DNA of 64,000 bases from Anthoceros angustus (taxonomy: Eukaryota > Plantae > Anthocerotophyta): the NCBI GenBank assembly GCA_010909165.1, contig MU008164.1, positions 434,001 through 498,000 on the forward strand, in the 5' to 3' direction. Positions 39,601 through 50,535 of the stretch are shown here, one piece after another. The position numbers were made by a program, and so were the translations under genes. Positions within the stretch are counted from its first letter, which is position 1. Each line of letters begins with the position of its first letter. Under the pieces are notes generated by a model. That model had not been told where the DNA came from. It did not search any database and saw only the letters and a list, made by a program, of their open reading frames with translations.

Positions 39601-42600
39601 CTGATGCAGATGGAACGTGGCTGGGAATCACCTCTGTGCTTGCATTGTGATGAGAGGGGTGCAAACCCTCCCCCACTGCTGACATGGATTTGAAACTAAC
39701 GGGAGATGGTTTGTCTTTGTCTGCCATGCCAACTGCAGGAAGCACTTGACATATACCAAAGACCTTCTCCGAGCAAGCTCCCACAGCAGCATTAGAATGA
39801 AGATTTTTGTCGAGTGCTGACGTGCTGGATGGAAGAGGTGCTAACACATCGACCATATTTTGCATGCGCTGAAGTTCAGCATCAAGGCATTTGCTGACAG
39901 CATCAATTGGTAGGGAGGCCAGCCGAGTAGTACAAGGAGCTCCATTTTCACACTGCTCTCCATCTGGGATGATCGTCGGGGTCAAGCCAGGGTCCCCAGC
40001 TATCAAGTCTGCAGGGGACGTCAGTGTCACAGTTGTATAACCCCTGAACATTCTGTTGCTGGGACTATCCTCAGGGACCTCAGGAAGTTTATCATGAACG
40101 ACCTGGTCCCTCACTTTGCTCGCAGATTTGCAAATCCTTCTAAGCTTGCGTTCGGCTTGGACCTCACCAACAAGTTCCTGGTTTTCTGACCTGATCCTCT
40201 TGGAACAAATTGTTCGGGGGGGATCCTCTACAGCTTGATCATCTTCGCTGTCAGAGACATGCAACAGTTCCCTGCTTGCATTGTCTGAGAATGATGCAAG
40301 TGCAACTTTCGTGGAGAGCAATCTTCTGGGATGTCTTGTTTTCCCGTTCTTTGAATCCTGATAAACCTGAACTGGGGTTTGTTCTCCAGACTTATCACAA
40401 CAGTCATCATCACTCAGATCCTTCAACCGTTGTGCTCTAGATCTGGATGATGATCTACTCTCTACCGGAGGAGATTCGGCAGGACCTTCAGGAAGAGCTG
40501 GACTTGCTGGTGGGGTTTCACAGGCCTGAGAGCACGAAGGAGAATCCTCCTCACAGTCTGTTTCAGGACATTCTTCTGAGTCTTTGAGTAGAGAAGAGCC
40601 CCTGAGTGACTGCTTCAGCTGCTGCAAGGTGGAAGCCACCCTCCTGCATGTACAAGGGGCCAGGGAAACTCAATCAGGCGCCTCATGCTGATCAACCAGA
40701 CAAGCGACACAAATCAGAGAAGTTCATCTCATTTGCAGGGTAAAACAGGCAATATGCACCTAGCATCTTCGAATCGTTCTAGGCGTAGCAGATAAGATGA
40801 GTGCATGTTCTCCAGAGCCTGAACTTGTAACTTCCGGTACTTTGACTCTCCCTGTGACCTTGCTTTCCTGCATAGCCCAACATGTTATTTGAAATTCCTC
40901 AAGACGAGAGCAAGACCCATCCACTCGGAAGACCAACCGCTTACTCATAGGCTGCTTCATATTGTTGCAGTGCCGGCTCCCATTCTCCACAGTTATCCAG
41001 AGCATTTCCATAGTTCAGAAGGGCCACTGCTTGCCCCTGTCAGTATCAAGAAGCACACGTGACGCTGCATGTAGATAAGAAGACACCACAACATACAAAG
41101 CAAAAATCTGGTCTTGCTGAACATCATAGAGACGATGCAGGGGGCCTAGATTTGGCAGAAAAGCAGTAGTCTCAACACCGACCTCTATGTGACCAAGCCG
41201 TTTGCAGATCTCTAGACTTTTTAACTGCCATTTCTTAGCTTTATCAAACAGACGCAGATTTTGATAAGATTCGCCCATTGTTGCCATTGCATCACCAACC
41301 TTCTCGGTATCTCCCAAGCCATCACAAACCTTCTTTAACCTCTTGGCTAGAAGCAAGTGCTGTACAGAACACACCAAGCCCTCCATCCAGTTATGCTACC
41401 AGCTCAGAGGGAAAAAGTTGATTGCTGACTCAAAAACATTGACAAAAAGGCAAGCCATCGCTCATAGTATACTTTATCCCACGCTTGAAGTATGTTGCCT
41501 CCCGACAGCTCAATAAGCTCTTGCAGGACTGCATGCTCCTGATTCAAGTACTTTCGCATTTCAGGGGTGCCTTCGGCTTCTTGAGCCAAACGCTGCAGCT
41601 GTTTCTGCTTCTGCATCTTGCTCTCAAAACCCACGAGTTCTTTCTGCTTTCTTTTCACAATCGAGATGTTGCCCTTTATCTGTTTCTTCAGAGCACCTTC
41701 ATCTTCCAGCTTCATGGCAATACTCAGAGCATTCTTGTAGCACTGCAGAGCTCCTTCGAAGTCGAGCTTCTTATTATAAATCTCGCCCAGATTGATATAC
41801 CCCTTGGCTGCCCCCTGCTTATGCTCAATATTCCCACAGATCTCAACATCCTTCTGCGTATGCGACAAGGCTCGCTTCCAGTCCCTGTACACGATGTATA
41901 TCCGCCCAAGGTTGTGATGGACCCTGGAAAGCGCAGGTTCTTTTTCCGACACCTCCTCATCCTGACAAATCTTCAAGGCTTGTTCGAAGAGCAGCAACGC
42001 ACCGTTAGTGTCATCTTGCTCCTCCTTCCACAGGCCTAGGTTGTTGTACGCATCAACCAGCTCCACAACAAAAGATCGAGTATCGCCGTCAGGCGGGTTT
42101 GCCCTCAAACGCTGAGCAATACTCAGAGCAGCCTCCAGGTGCTTCTTAGTTTCCACATACAAAAAAGTGTCATCCAGCTCAGCAGGCTTGGTTTCCTTGG
42201 AGAACAGTTCCATGTACAGCCTTCCCAGCTGGGTGGAAGCCCGCTGCTGCTCCACCAAATCGGAGTCTTTGGTGGCAACTTCGAGGTGCTTTCTCTAATA
42301 CTCAAAGCAACCAACCATAAGCAACTCAGAACCCTTTCAGCTCGAACAAAACCAACTGGAATCCACGACCCAGCAACCAGAATGCACTAAATTGCACCAG
42401 ACTGCAGCTGTACCATGAATTTGAGGGCCTCTTCATGCTGGCCCAGCAGGAGGAAAATCTCTCCAACCATCTGGCAAGTGGTCATGAGACTGCGTCGTGA
42501 CGCCACATCCTGCGCCAAGCGCTTAGAGATATCGTAGTCTTTCCGGAACCACTGCAGCGCTTCCACATAGTCTCCACGATCCTTGAGGAAATGGCCGACT

Positions 42601-42689
42601 TGATTGGCCCAGCGCGCTTGCTCCAACACGTCTCCAGTGGCCTCGGCTTCTCGAAACGACTTCCTCAGCGTCTCCAACGCCCTGGCCAT
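36644..42689 (-). CDS. TSK: TONSOKU/BRUSHY1/MGOUN3 (TPR + LRR replication-fork/chromatin protein), multi-exon
   Basis: N-terminal EQARWANQVGHFLKDRGDYVEALQWFRKDY; EQQRASTQLGRLY; ELVDAYNNLG; SRVHHNLG; LRR exons LEVLNLSGNKLT and LSFLDLSGN; Cys-rich C-terminus PCCTEKPCCK. Confidence 0.93.
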
Positions 42690-43381
42690 GGCACACTCTG
42701 GCTCGCCGCGCTCCTGCCAGAGGGATGTCCGCACCGCTCCCGGAGCTGACCAATGCACTCCTTCAAGCCCTGCTGGCTCCTTCTCAGTCGAGATCCGTAC
42801 CACGCTTCATTCAAACATTCCCGCCTTTTTCTTTTCCAGGGAGGGATACAATCACACGGAACGATTTGGCACATACATATTACGCAGGAAATTCTGGCGA
42901 CGATGGCTAAGAGTGTCCTAGGAGCGAATCGCGAGTCACGTTCCGGAGAGGCGGATCGACCGGGGAGGACTGCCGTCTTTATGGTTGGCAACTATATAGA
43001 TTCCTGATCCCCGTCGCTGCAACAGTCTGCACTCCCTGTGCCACCGCGACAAGGATGGACTGGATGGGCCAAGGCGAAATAACCACTCCATAGCAATAGG
43101 TAGGCACAAAGCTCACTCCATCCAAAGGTCAAGGTGCAAGCCTGAGGTCCTCAACAATAGACCGCAGGTCCCAAAGTTGGAACATGTAACGGGCAGAGTC
43201 AGGGGTCATATGAGCTATGTAGTTCTGAGGCACTTGCTGATGACGCAGTAGCTCCCTAGACGAAGCAACTCAAATCGTTGTCAGGTTCGCTCACACGCGT
43301 CTCCGGCTACCTTCAGAAAAAAAGTGGAAAGGTTGAACACATTGCGAGTCGGAGACTTGGTGACTGTGGTGTACATAGCTT

Positions 43382-44204
43382 CTAAACAAGCTTCGCATCG
43401 GATAGGGATCCCAGATCCTTGAGAATGTCCTTCCGAGCACTGGCAAAAGGAGTGGAAAGCACAAAGCTATTCTTGAGCTCTGCCTGAAGCTCCGACAGCA
43501 GTCTGTGCCCGATCTGGTTGCACTTCTCTGCTTGTTCCACCTTCAAACAAGCATGCAGCAGGTCGTTAGCTGATGGAAACTCATTGCTTGCCCTCAAACG
43601 ATGGCCTGAAATGCAAATCGAGGCCAACCTGTGTCACTAACTTCTGATATATCTCCGGCAGGATATCCACGGCGTTCACGGAAGTGTCGGGAACCTTGGC
43701 TGCCACCCGCGGCGGCAATGGAACTTCAAAGCTCTCGTTTATAAAAGCTTCCCACTGCTGGAGTTCGGAAATGAGCCTGCGCTGCCGACCTGAGCGGGTT
43801 AAGGTACAGAAGATGGCTATGCAGAATCTCGTTAAAGCCACCACTTGAACGCCAAACCTTGCCAACAAGGAGAACTATGCTGCAATGCTAACCTTGCCTT
43901 CTTAGCCAGAAGCATTTTGTTCTTCCTCAGCTGCGCCGATTCCGAGGCCACATTCAGCATGTCGGGAGTGATGATGCTCTCCTCCCTTTGCAAGCCAGAT
44001 CCAGAGGCGTTTGCTGCGATGCTACTCTTCTGTCGCCTGTAGATGAAGCCATCGTCGTTCACAACTTCCCAGTCTGGAAAAGGCAATGTTAGCGCCAAAA
44101 CGGTTCTTTCAGAAGCAGGACAAGGGGAGAGGAGCAATCGCAGCAGTGAGCTGCCCACACAGAAGCAGCTGCAAGGCCATACCTTCCGGGATGAAGGACG
44201 CCAT
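43382..44204 (-). CDS. Small multi-exon protein resembling plant kinetochore MIS12-complex subunit DSN1
   Basis: MASFIPE|DWEVVNDDGFIYRRQK; RKNKMLLAKKAR...ELQQWE; C-terminal SF...PF...DILKDL. Family assignment is from recall of the plant WExxNDDGFxY motif. Confidence 0.6.
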
Positions 44205-44354
44205 CCTCGGTATGAACAAGAGTTAGACCTAACCAGGGGTCGACTTAGAGTAACCATGCCCTAACCATACCCTAACCGGGTCGTCCCGCCTTTTGTTTCA
44301 GTCCCCCACCTGTTGTTTTCCTCTTTCCGCAGGGTGCTCCGGGTAGTGCAGCGG

Positions 44355-44362
44355 AAACCCTA
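44355..44362 (+). promoter_or_regulatory. Telo-box (AAACCCTA) just upstream of the RPL4 ATG
   Basis: Exact motif; typical of plant ribosomal-protein gene 5' regions. Confidence 0.6.
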
Positions 44363-44365
44363 GCG

Positions 44366-45703
44366 ATGGCGGCACGTCCTCTGGTCACGGTGCAGGTGTT
44401 GGAAGGCGATGGCGCCGCAGGAGAAGGTGGCCTGGTGCAGGCTGCGTTGCCGGAGGTGTTCAAGGCGCCAATCCGGTCTGACATCGTACAGTTTGTGCAC
44501 ACCAATCTGGCGAAGAACAAGAGACAGCCCTACGCTGTGAGCAGCAAGGCGGGGCATCAGACGTCCGCGGAGTCATGGGGTACTGGCAGAGCTGTGTCCA
44601 GAATTCCTCGTGTTCCAGGAGGCGGGACGCACCGAGCTGGGCAGGGAGCTTTCGGCAACATGTGTCGTGGGGGGCGCATGTTTGCTCCCACTAAGATCTG
44701 GAGGCGCTGGCACCGCAAGGTGAACATCAACCAGAAGAGGTACGCCATTGCGTCGGCTCTGGCGGCCTCCGCGGTGCCCGCTCTGGTGCTGGCCCGGGGC
44801 CACCGCATCGAGAAGGTGCCGGAGGTGCCGCTGGTGCTGAGCGATTCAGTCGAGAGCATCGAGAAGACCTCGGCCGCCGTGAAGCTGCTGAAGAAGATCG
44901 GCGCGTACGAGGATGTGGAGAAGGTGAAGGCGAGTCACAACATCCGGGCCGGGAAGGGGAAGATGAGGAACCGGAGGTACGTGTCTCGCAGGGGCCCTCT
45001 GATTGTTTACGGCACTGAAGGCGCCAAGCTGGCGAAAGCCTTCAGGAACATCCCCGGCGTGGAAATTGCTTCCGTGGATCGGCTCAACCTGCTGCAGCTG
45101 GCCCCCGGTGGCCACCTCGGGCGGTTTGTGGTATGGACCAAGTCCGCTTTCGAGAAGCTGGACTACATTTTCGGATCAGTGGAAAAGAAGTCGGAGGTGA
45201 AGAAGAACTACACTCTGCCTCGCTCCATCATGGCCAACCCTGACCTGGCTCGTCTCATCAACTCCGATGAGATCCAGTCCGTGGTCCGGCCCATCAAGAC
45301 GGAGGTGAAGAGGAGAGCCCTGAAGAAGAACCCACTGAAGAATCTGGGCGCCCTCCTGAAGCTCAACCCGTTCGCCAAGACTGCCAGGAGAATGGAGCTG
45401 CTGGCCCAGGCGCAGAGGGCCAAGGCTAGGGCAGAGAAGCTGGACAGCAAGAGGAAGCAGCCCAACCAGGTGAAATTCCTTCGGCTTCTTCCCTCTTCTC
45501 CTCCTAACCAGCTCTGTCACTTCCATGCCATTGTCTGTTGTCCCTTTGATGACACCCAAGTGTTGTGTCCCCTGTGGCAGGCCGAGGGTGCTACCCCAGA
45601 GAAGGTGAAGCAGGCCGGTGAGGCCTGGTACAAGACCATGATTTCTGATAGTGATTACACAGAGTTTGAGAACTTCGGCAAGTGGCTCGGTGTCTCACAA
45701 TGA
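44366..45703 (+). CDS. RPL4: 60S ribosomal protein L4 (uL4); one 111-nt intron at 45470-45580
   Basis: [42 protein letters not shown]. Removing the GT-AG intron gives 408 aa. Confidence 0.98.
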   Translation: MAARPLVTVQVLEGDGAAGEGGLVQAALPEVFKAPIRSDIVQFVHTNLAKNKRQPYAVSSKAGHQTSAESWGTGRAVSRIPRVPGGGTHRAGQGAFGNMCRGGRMFAPTKIWRRWHRKVNINQKRYAIASALAASAVPALVLARGHRIEKVPEVPLVLSDSVESIEKTSAAVKLLKKIGAYEDVEKVKASHNIRAGKGKMRNRRYVSRRGPLIVYGTEGAKLAKAFRNIPGVEIASVDRLNLLQLAPGGHLGRFVVWTKSAFEKLDYIFGSVEKKSEVKKNYTLPRSIMANPDLARLINSDEIQSVVRPIKTEVKRRALKKNPLKNLGALLKLNPFAKTARRMELLAQAQRAKARAEKLDSKRKQPNQVKFLRLLPSSPPNQLCHFHAIVCCPFDDTQVLCPLWQAEGATPEKVKQAGEAWYKTMISDSDYTEFENFGKWLGVSQ

Positions 45704-45930
45704 GCTGCTGCTGTTTTGTCTGGCTATCTAGTAGAAGAGGAACAGTTGTCACAATTTTATCTTAGTGTCTCAGAGGAATGAGAAGAGAATTTTCGGTGGC
45801 GGCTCACAACTTACCTGTGTGGTGTGTTAAGGGTTTTCCTCTGCCGCCTTCTCTTCCGTCTTTGATTTTCTCATTTATGCAAACGCACAATTGGAGTCGG
45901 CATTTGCAAGGTGTGAGGGCAAGGGGCAGT

Positions 45931-46100
45931 TGTTCTATGAATAGGATGCAATCGCTCACAGGTGTTCCTTGAATAGGATGCAATCGCTTACAGGTGTTCC
46001 TTGAATAGAATGCAATTCCTTTCAATTGTTCCTTGAATAGGATGCGATTGCCTACAATTGTTCCTTGAATCGGATGCAACTGCTTCCAATTGTCCTTGAT
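45931..46100. repeat. 32-bp minisatellite, ~5 copies (TGTTCCTTGAATAGGATGCAATCGCTTACAGG consensus)
   Basis: Units start at 45931, 45963, 45995, 46027 and 46059, with a partial unit at 46091. Confidence 0.9.
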
Positions 46101-46290
46101 TCCGTTTCCCTAGATGCAATCGCTTTGCCCGTATCTCCCTCTTTGTTAGAGACGTGATTTGCCTTTAAGGCACACTAATCGCTCTACGCAGTAACACGAA
46201 TGAAGAATGAAGCAATCAAGACGAATGAAGCATAAAGCAAGCAAGACTAGCAGAAGCAGAAGAGGATAAAGAGGTTAGCCTCTTCAACGT

Positions 46291-47754
46291 TCAAGAGACA
46301 GCTGTTTCCTGTCGTTGCTGCTGCTGGTGGAAGAGGAGCCGGCTGCTCACTCCCGCTCGGTAGACGTGCAAAGAGGAGTCGGCGGCCGCCGAGAGCTCCA
46401 GGCTCTGGTGGGCGGGCAGGAAGAAGGCCGCGCCGGGCGCGAGCTGGGCTGAGCCAGGGCGGGCGACTCCTCGCCCCTGCTGCACCAGGAAGACGCAGGG
46501 CCCTGGGACCGAGCGCAGCAGCAGGGACTGGGCGGGCGGGAGCGCGATGTGGTCCACCTCGAACTCGTCGAAGGACGGTGCATAGCGGGTGGTGAAGTCT
46601 CCAGCGGGCTCGCCAGGGAGCAGCTCGGGCGCCGCCCGGCGGTAGCGCAGCATGGCGCAGAGAGTGCGGGTGTCCCGGAACTTGGGCGTCAGGCCGGCGC
46701 GCACCACGTTGTCGGAGGTGGCCATGCACTCGATGCAGTCCCCGCTGAGGTAGGCGTGCGGCTCACCCGCCTCCAGCGCCATGGCCTCCCCAGGTGCAAG
46801 CTTCACATGGTTCAGCAGCAGCGAAGCGAGCACACCCACATCCCCCGGGTACTGCTTCTCCAGCCGCACCGCCAGCTCCTCCCGCGGACTCCATCGCCCA
46901 CCTTGCGCCCTCTCCTGCTGCAGCCTCCTCACCAGCTTCTCCACCAGGATTTGCACCTCTATCGGGTCCCTCGACATCAGCTCCCGGAACCCATCTTTCA
47001 GGGCCTTTCTGGTACCCTCTTCCTCCCCTTCTCCTCCGCCTTCTTCTTCCTCCTCCTCTTGTGCTTGGCCGTTGCTGCCATGGCCGTTGCTGCTATGGTC
47101 GTTGCTGCCATGGCCGTTGCTCTCTTCTTGCCTTGCCTTCACCTTTCCAGCTTTTGCATCCTTTTCCTCCTTTGCAGCCTTCGATGTAGCCTTCGGTGCA
47201 GCCTTTGTGGGCAGGTTTGCGCTCTGCTCCAGGAGGACAGCGGCGGCGGATTCGCCGATGCCGGCGCGGAGCTCCGGCACTGAGCGGAGGGCGGCGGCCA
47301 TGTCTTCCGGGGGGAGGAAGCCGCACAGGGCCTGGAACTCGGTGAGGGCGATGGCCATCTCCGGCTTGTGGTTGGCGTCCTTATAGAGATCGGGGTGGAG
47401 GCGGTGCAGGCGGGCGGCCAGGGCCTTGTCCGGGTGGGCCTGGATGGACAGCGCCTTGCCCACGGAGAGGACCTTGAGGAGGAAGGGGAGCTCCCCTCCC
47501 CACCGGCTGAGCGCCGCCTTCCCCAAGGCTTCCGGATGCGCCTCCAGCCACTCCCGGAGCAGGACTTGTTTAGCGGCGGCGTCAGCCAGGACGACGGAGG
47601 GGCCCGACTCGTGGGTCCCCAGCCACAGCTCCGCGTAAGGTACGTCCTCCATGGCTGGGCTCCCGGACACAGTGGCGTGCAGCCGCCCCACTTCGCTGCG
47701 CGCGCCCATCCGGCCCCATTCGTAGTGCTGCACCTTGCCCTGCAGCCGCAGCAT
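46291..47754 (-). CDS. PMI: Mannose-6-phosphate isomerase type I, intronless, 487 aa
   Basis: QHYEWG, YAELWLGTH, LSIQAHPDK, YKDANHKPEM, EPHAYLSGDCIECMATSDNVVRAGLTPK. Confidence 0.97.
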   Translation of the reverse strand: MLRLQGKVQHYEWGRMGARSEVGRLHATVSGSPAMEDVPYAELWLGTHESGPSVVLADAAAKQVLLREWLEAHPEALGKAALSRWGGELPFLLKVLSVGKALSIQAHPDKALAARLHRLHPDLYKDANHKPEMAIALTEFQALCGFLPPEDMAAALRSVPELRAGIGESAAAVLLEQSANLPTKAAPKATSKAAKEEKDAKAGKVKARQEESNGHGSNDHSSNGHGSNGQAQEEEEEEGGGEGEEEGTRKALKDGFRELMSRDPIEVQILVEKLVRRLQQERAQGGRWSPREELAVRLEKQYPGDVGVLASLLLNHVKLAPGEAMALEAGEPHAYLSGDCIECMATSDNVVRAGLTPKFRDTRTLCAMLRYRRAAPELLPGEPAGDFTTRYAPSFDEFEVDHIALPPAQSLLLRSVPGPCVFLVQQGRGVARPGSAQLAPGAAFFLPAHQSLELSAAADSSLHVYRAGVSSRLLFHQQQQRQETAVS

Positions 47755-48151
47755 CGTTGGTTGCCGCCGGATCTGGATCGGCCTGTCCTGCTCTGTGCCT
47801 TGCTCTGCCCTGCCCTGCCTCGGATTCTGTGACTTGGCGATGACGATGCCGATGCCGGTGCCTAGTCTGGCAGTCACAAGATCGCCTTTCCTTGCTCTGC
47901 CTTCCCTTGCCTTCTGCGAGCAGCTTGCTAAGCAACCCACAGACATGCAACATTTATACAAGAAAGGGAGACAGAACCAGGAAGAGGAAGGGAAAGAAAG
48001 GCAGGCAGGCCCCAGGCATCACCTTCTCAACGTGGGCAGACGACAGGCCTGGTGAAACAGTTGTAAAGATTTGGCGCCACGACAAAGTTGTCTCGTGAAT
48101 CGCAACAAGAGCTGCAACAAGTATGACGGAGTGAACGTGAAACGTGAGTCG

Positions 48152-48202
48152 TGAATCGCGATTCATGAGTCACGATTCGTGAATCGCGATTCATGAATCG
48201 TG
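48152..48202. promoter_or_regulatory. Nested palindromes (TGAATCGCGATTCA x2) in the divergent PMI/CysW promoter
   Basis: Perfect 14-bp palindromes at 48152 and 48180; 48171-48202 is a 32-bp palindrome with one mismatch. Confidence 0.5.
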
Positions 48203-48242
48203 ATAGAACAGATGGGTGGTGGTAGCAACGGACGGGTTTTTG

Positions 48243-50535
48243 ATGGCGTCCTCACTGCGGTTGTCGGTCAGGCCTCGTGCCGAGCTGCTGCCTCCGGCAG
48301 CTGGGTTGCTGGCCGGAGAGCTGCCATCAAGCGCTCGGGGGATCCATGCTAGTCTGGGAGACGGTTTGGGATCTTCCTGGAAGTTGCCGGCGTGCGTGAG
48401 CTGGAGGTATGGCGGGAGGAAGGCGCACCAGCCATGTTGGGGAGGAACCAGGAGGGGCAAGCTTGGGGTTGTTAGGGCTGGAGGTGGCGCGCAGGGAATG
48501 CGCAAGTCTGCAAAGGGCAGGCCGGTGGGTGTTTCTGGATTGCATGTCCTGGGCATTGGAGTTCAGAATTCTGGAAGCCCCTGCCTGACATTGTTGTGGT
48601 GGCGTCCTGCAGCCGAAGCATCCCGTGGAATGGCTGCTGGTGGGAGTTGGGGTGTCGTACTTGATGCTGATGATCGTCATCCCAATAGCCAATGTGTTTG
48701 CGCAGGTGAATCTGGGCCTGCCCTCATTTTCTTCCTCCAGGTGCCTATCCCTTGAAGGATGGGTTGTGGGTGGGTCCTTTTTGCTTGCCGTGGGCCAATG
48801 TGCTTGTGGCTGTTATCTTGTAGGCTTTCTCGAATGGCGTGATGCCGTTTATTCTCAACCTGCTGGATCCTGACTTCCAGCATGCGGTGAGCTCCTGTGT
48901 TCTGTTCTCCTTCTTGATCTGCTGTGGAGGTAGACAGCTCCTTGAACCAGCGTGGGATGCCATGGTGGACAGCACAGGTCAAGATGACGCTCCTCGTGGC
49001 AGGTATAGTGGTTCCCATGAACACCATCTTCGGGCTGACCATTGCCCTTTGGGTCACACGACATGATTTTCCAGGCAAGGTACTCTCTGAGTTAGTCCAC
49101 TTTCAGCACGTGTGCTGCTGCTCGTGCCGTTGGAACAAAGAGCAGCCATTGACCGGCCTGTTTCTGTTTCTAGGCGCTGTTGCTGAGCTTCATTGATCTC
49201 CCATTCAGCATATCCCCTGTGGTCACTGGACTTATGTTGATGCTTCTCTATGGCCGAGAGGTAGTACTTTCCTTTCCGGCTTTCCACCATCCCCCAGATT
49301 CTGGAAAAAGCATGCCCTACTGTTTCTGTTGCCTCACCGTGTCCACGGGTGAATGATTTGTCTCATGTTGTACTCTGTGTCATGGCTTTTCAGGGTGTCT
49401 TTGCACCTTTACTTCGTGCCCTGAACATTGAAATCGTGTTCGCTCTACCTGGTAATGGGAACGCGTGTTGTTTGCCATCATTTTTCAATGTGTTGGATGG
49501 AAGGTGCAGGTGTACAAGTTCACTGGTGCTGGACTAAATTATGCGTGGCCTTCATTCTACAGGAATGGTGCTGGCGACTGCTTTTGTGACCATCCCTTTC
49601 GTCGTCCGTGAAGTTGTACCTGTGAGTACAGTACAGCAACAGTGCAGAACAGTGTGTTTTGTGCTCTTCTGGTGTTGGGAGCGTCTACAATGGTCCAGGG
49701 GCATAGTGTGATCGGTCTGATAATCTTTCCTTTTGCTGGCCTAGGTCCTTCAAGAGATGGACATTTTTGAGGAGGAGGCAGCACGAACCATGGGTGCTAA
49801 TGAGTGGGAGGTCTTCCCGATTCCCGCTTCCCGCTTCCCGCTTCGTACTGGCTACACGTTTTTTGCTTTGTCTGACTATTCAATGTGTCCTCGTAGTAAA
49901 GCAGTGTTCTGTCTGTCTCGACACTCTCTGACGCAGGTGTTCTGGGACGTCACCATGCCAAATGTTCGGCTGGGACTTTTGTATGGAATCACGCTATGCA
50001 CTGCAGTGAGCATCGTCACCCCCATCAGAACCAAAGCTTTCTTCCCTTTGCATGCTTTGCGCTATGAAAATTCCTTTACCACGCTTGTTCTCACAAAATG
50101 CACTTTCAGAGAGCGATGGGAGAGTTTGGTGCAGTTTCTGTCATATCAGGGAACATCATAGGAAGGACACAGACTCTCTCCCTGTTTGTCGAATCTGCCT
50201 ACAAGGTACCTCTCACCCGTCATCGTACCTTGACCTTCACGCTCGCTTCAACCTGCATGTGTCCGGACTCTCACCACCCAAGAACTTGTCAATCCATCAT
50301 ATCCGCAGGAGTACAACACACAAGGTGCCTTCTCCGCTGCCGTCCTCCTCACCATGTTAGCATTGGTAACACTCTTCATCAAGGTACGAACCCACCCCCC
50401 CTCCCTTCCCTGCACTCCCTCCTTTGCACAACCATGTTCCCCTAATGGCCTGCATGCTGCTGCTAACAACACTCCTCTCACTGCCCGCAACAGTCAAGAT
50501 TAGAGAAGCTGCGAGCCAAGGAAACAGCACGCTAG
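48243..50535 (+). CDS. cysW: Plastid-targeted sulfate ABC transporter permease CysW (SULP2-like), ~12 exons
   Basis: Ser/Arg/Ala-rich transit-peptide-like N-terminus; IDLPFSISPVVTGL; GMVLATAFVTIPFVVREV; EEEAARTMGA (EAA loop); [34 protein letters not shown]; stop at 50533-50535. Confidence 0.92.

Noticed and set aside
36644-42689. TONSOKU (known to suppress tandem duplications) lying next to a tandem array
   Set aside because: The gene looks intact and acts in trans; the adjacency is most likely coincidence.
45931-46100. 32-bp repeats as a CRISPR array
   Set aside because: The units are head-to-tail with no unique spacers; this is a minisatellite.
47755-47961. 69-aa N-terminal extension of PMI in the ORF track
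   Set aside because: It begins at a non-ATG codon, and PMI homology starts at the ATG at 47754.
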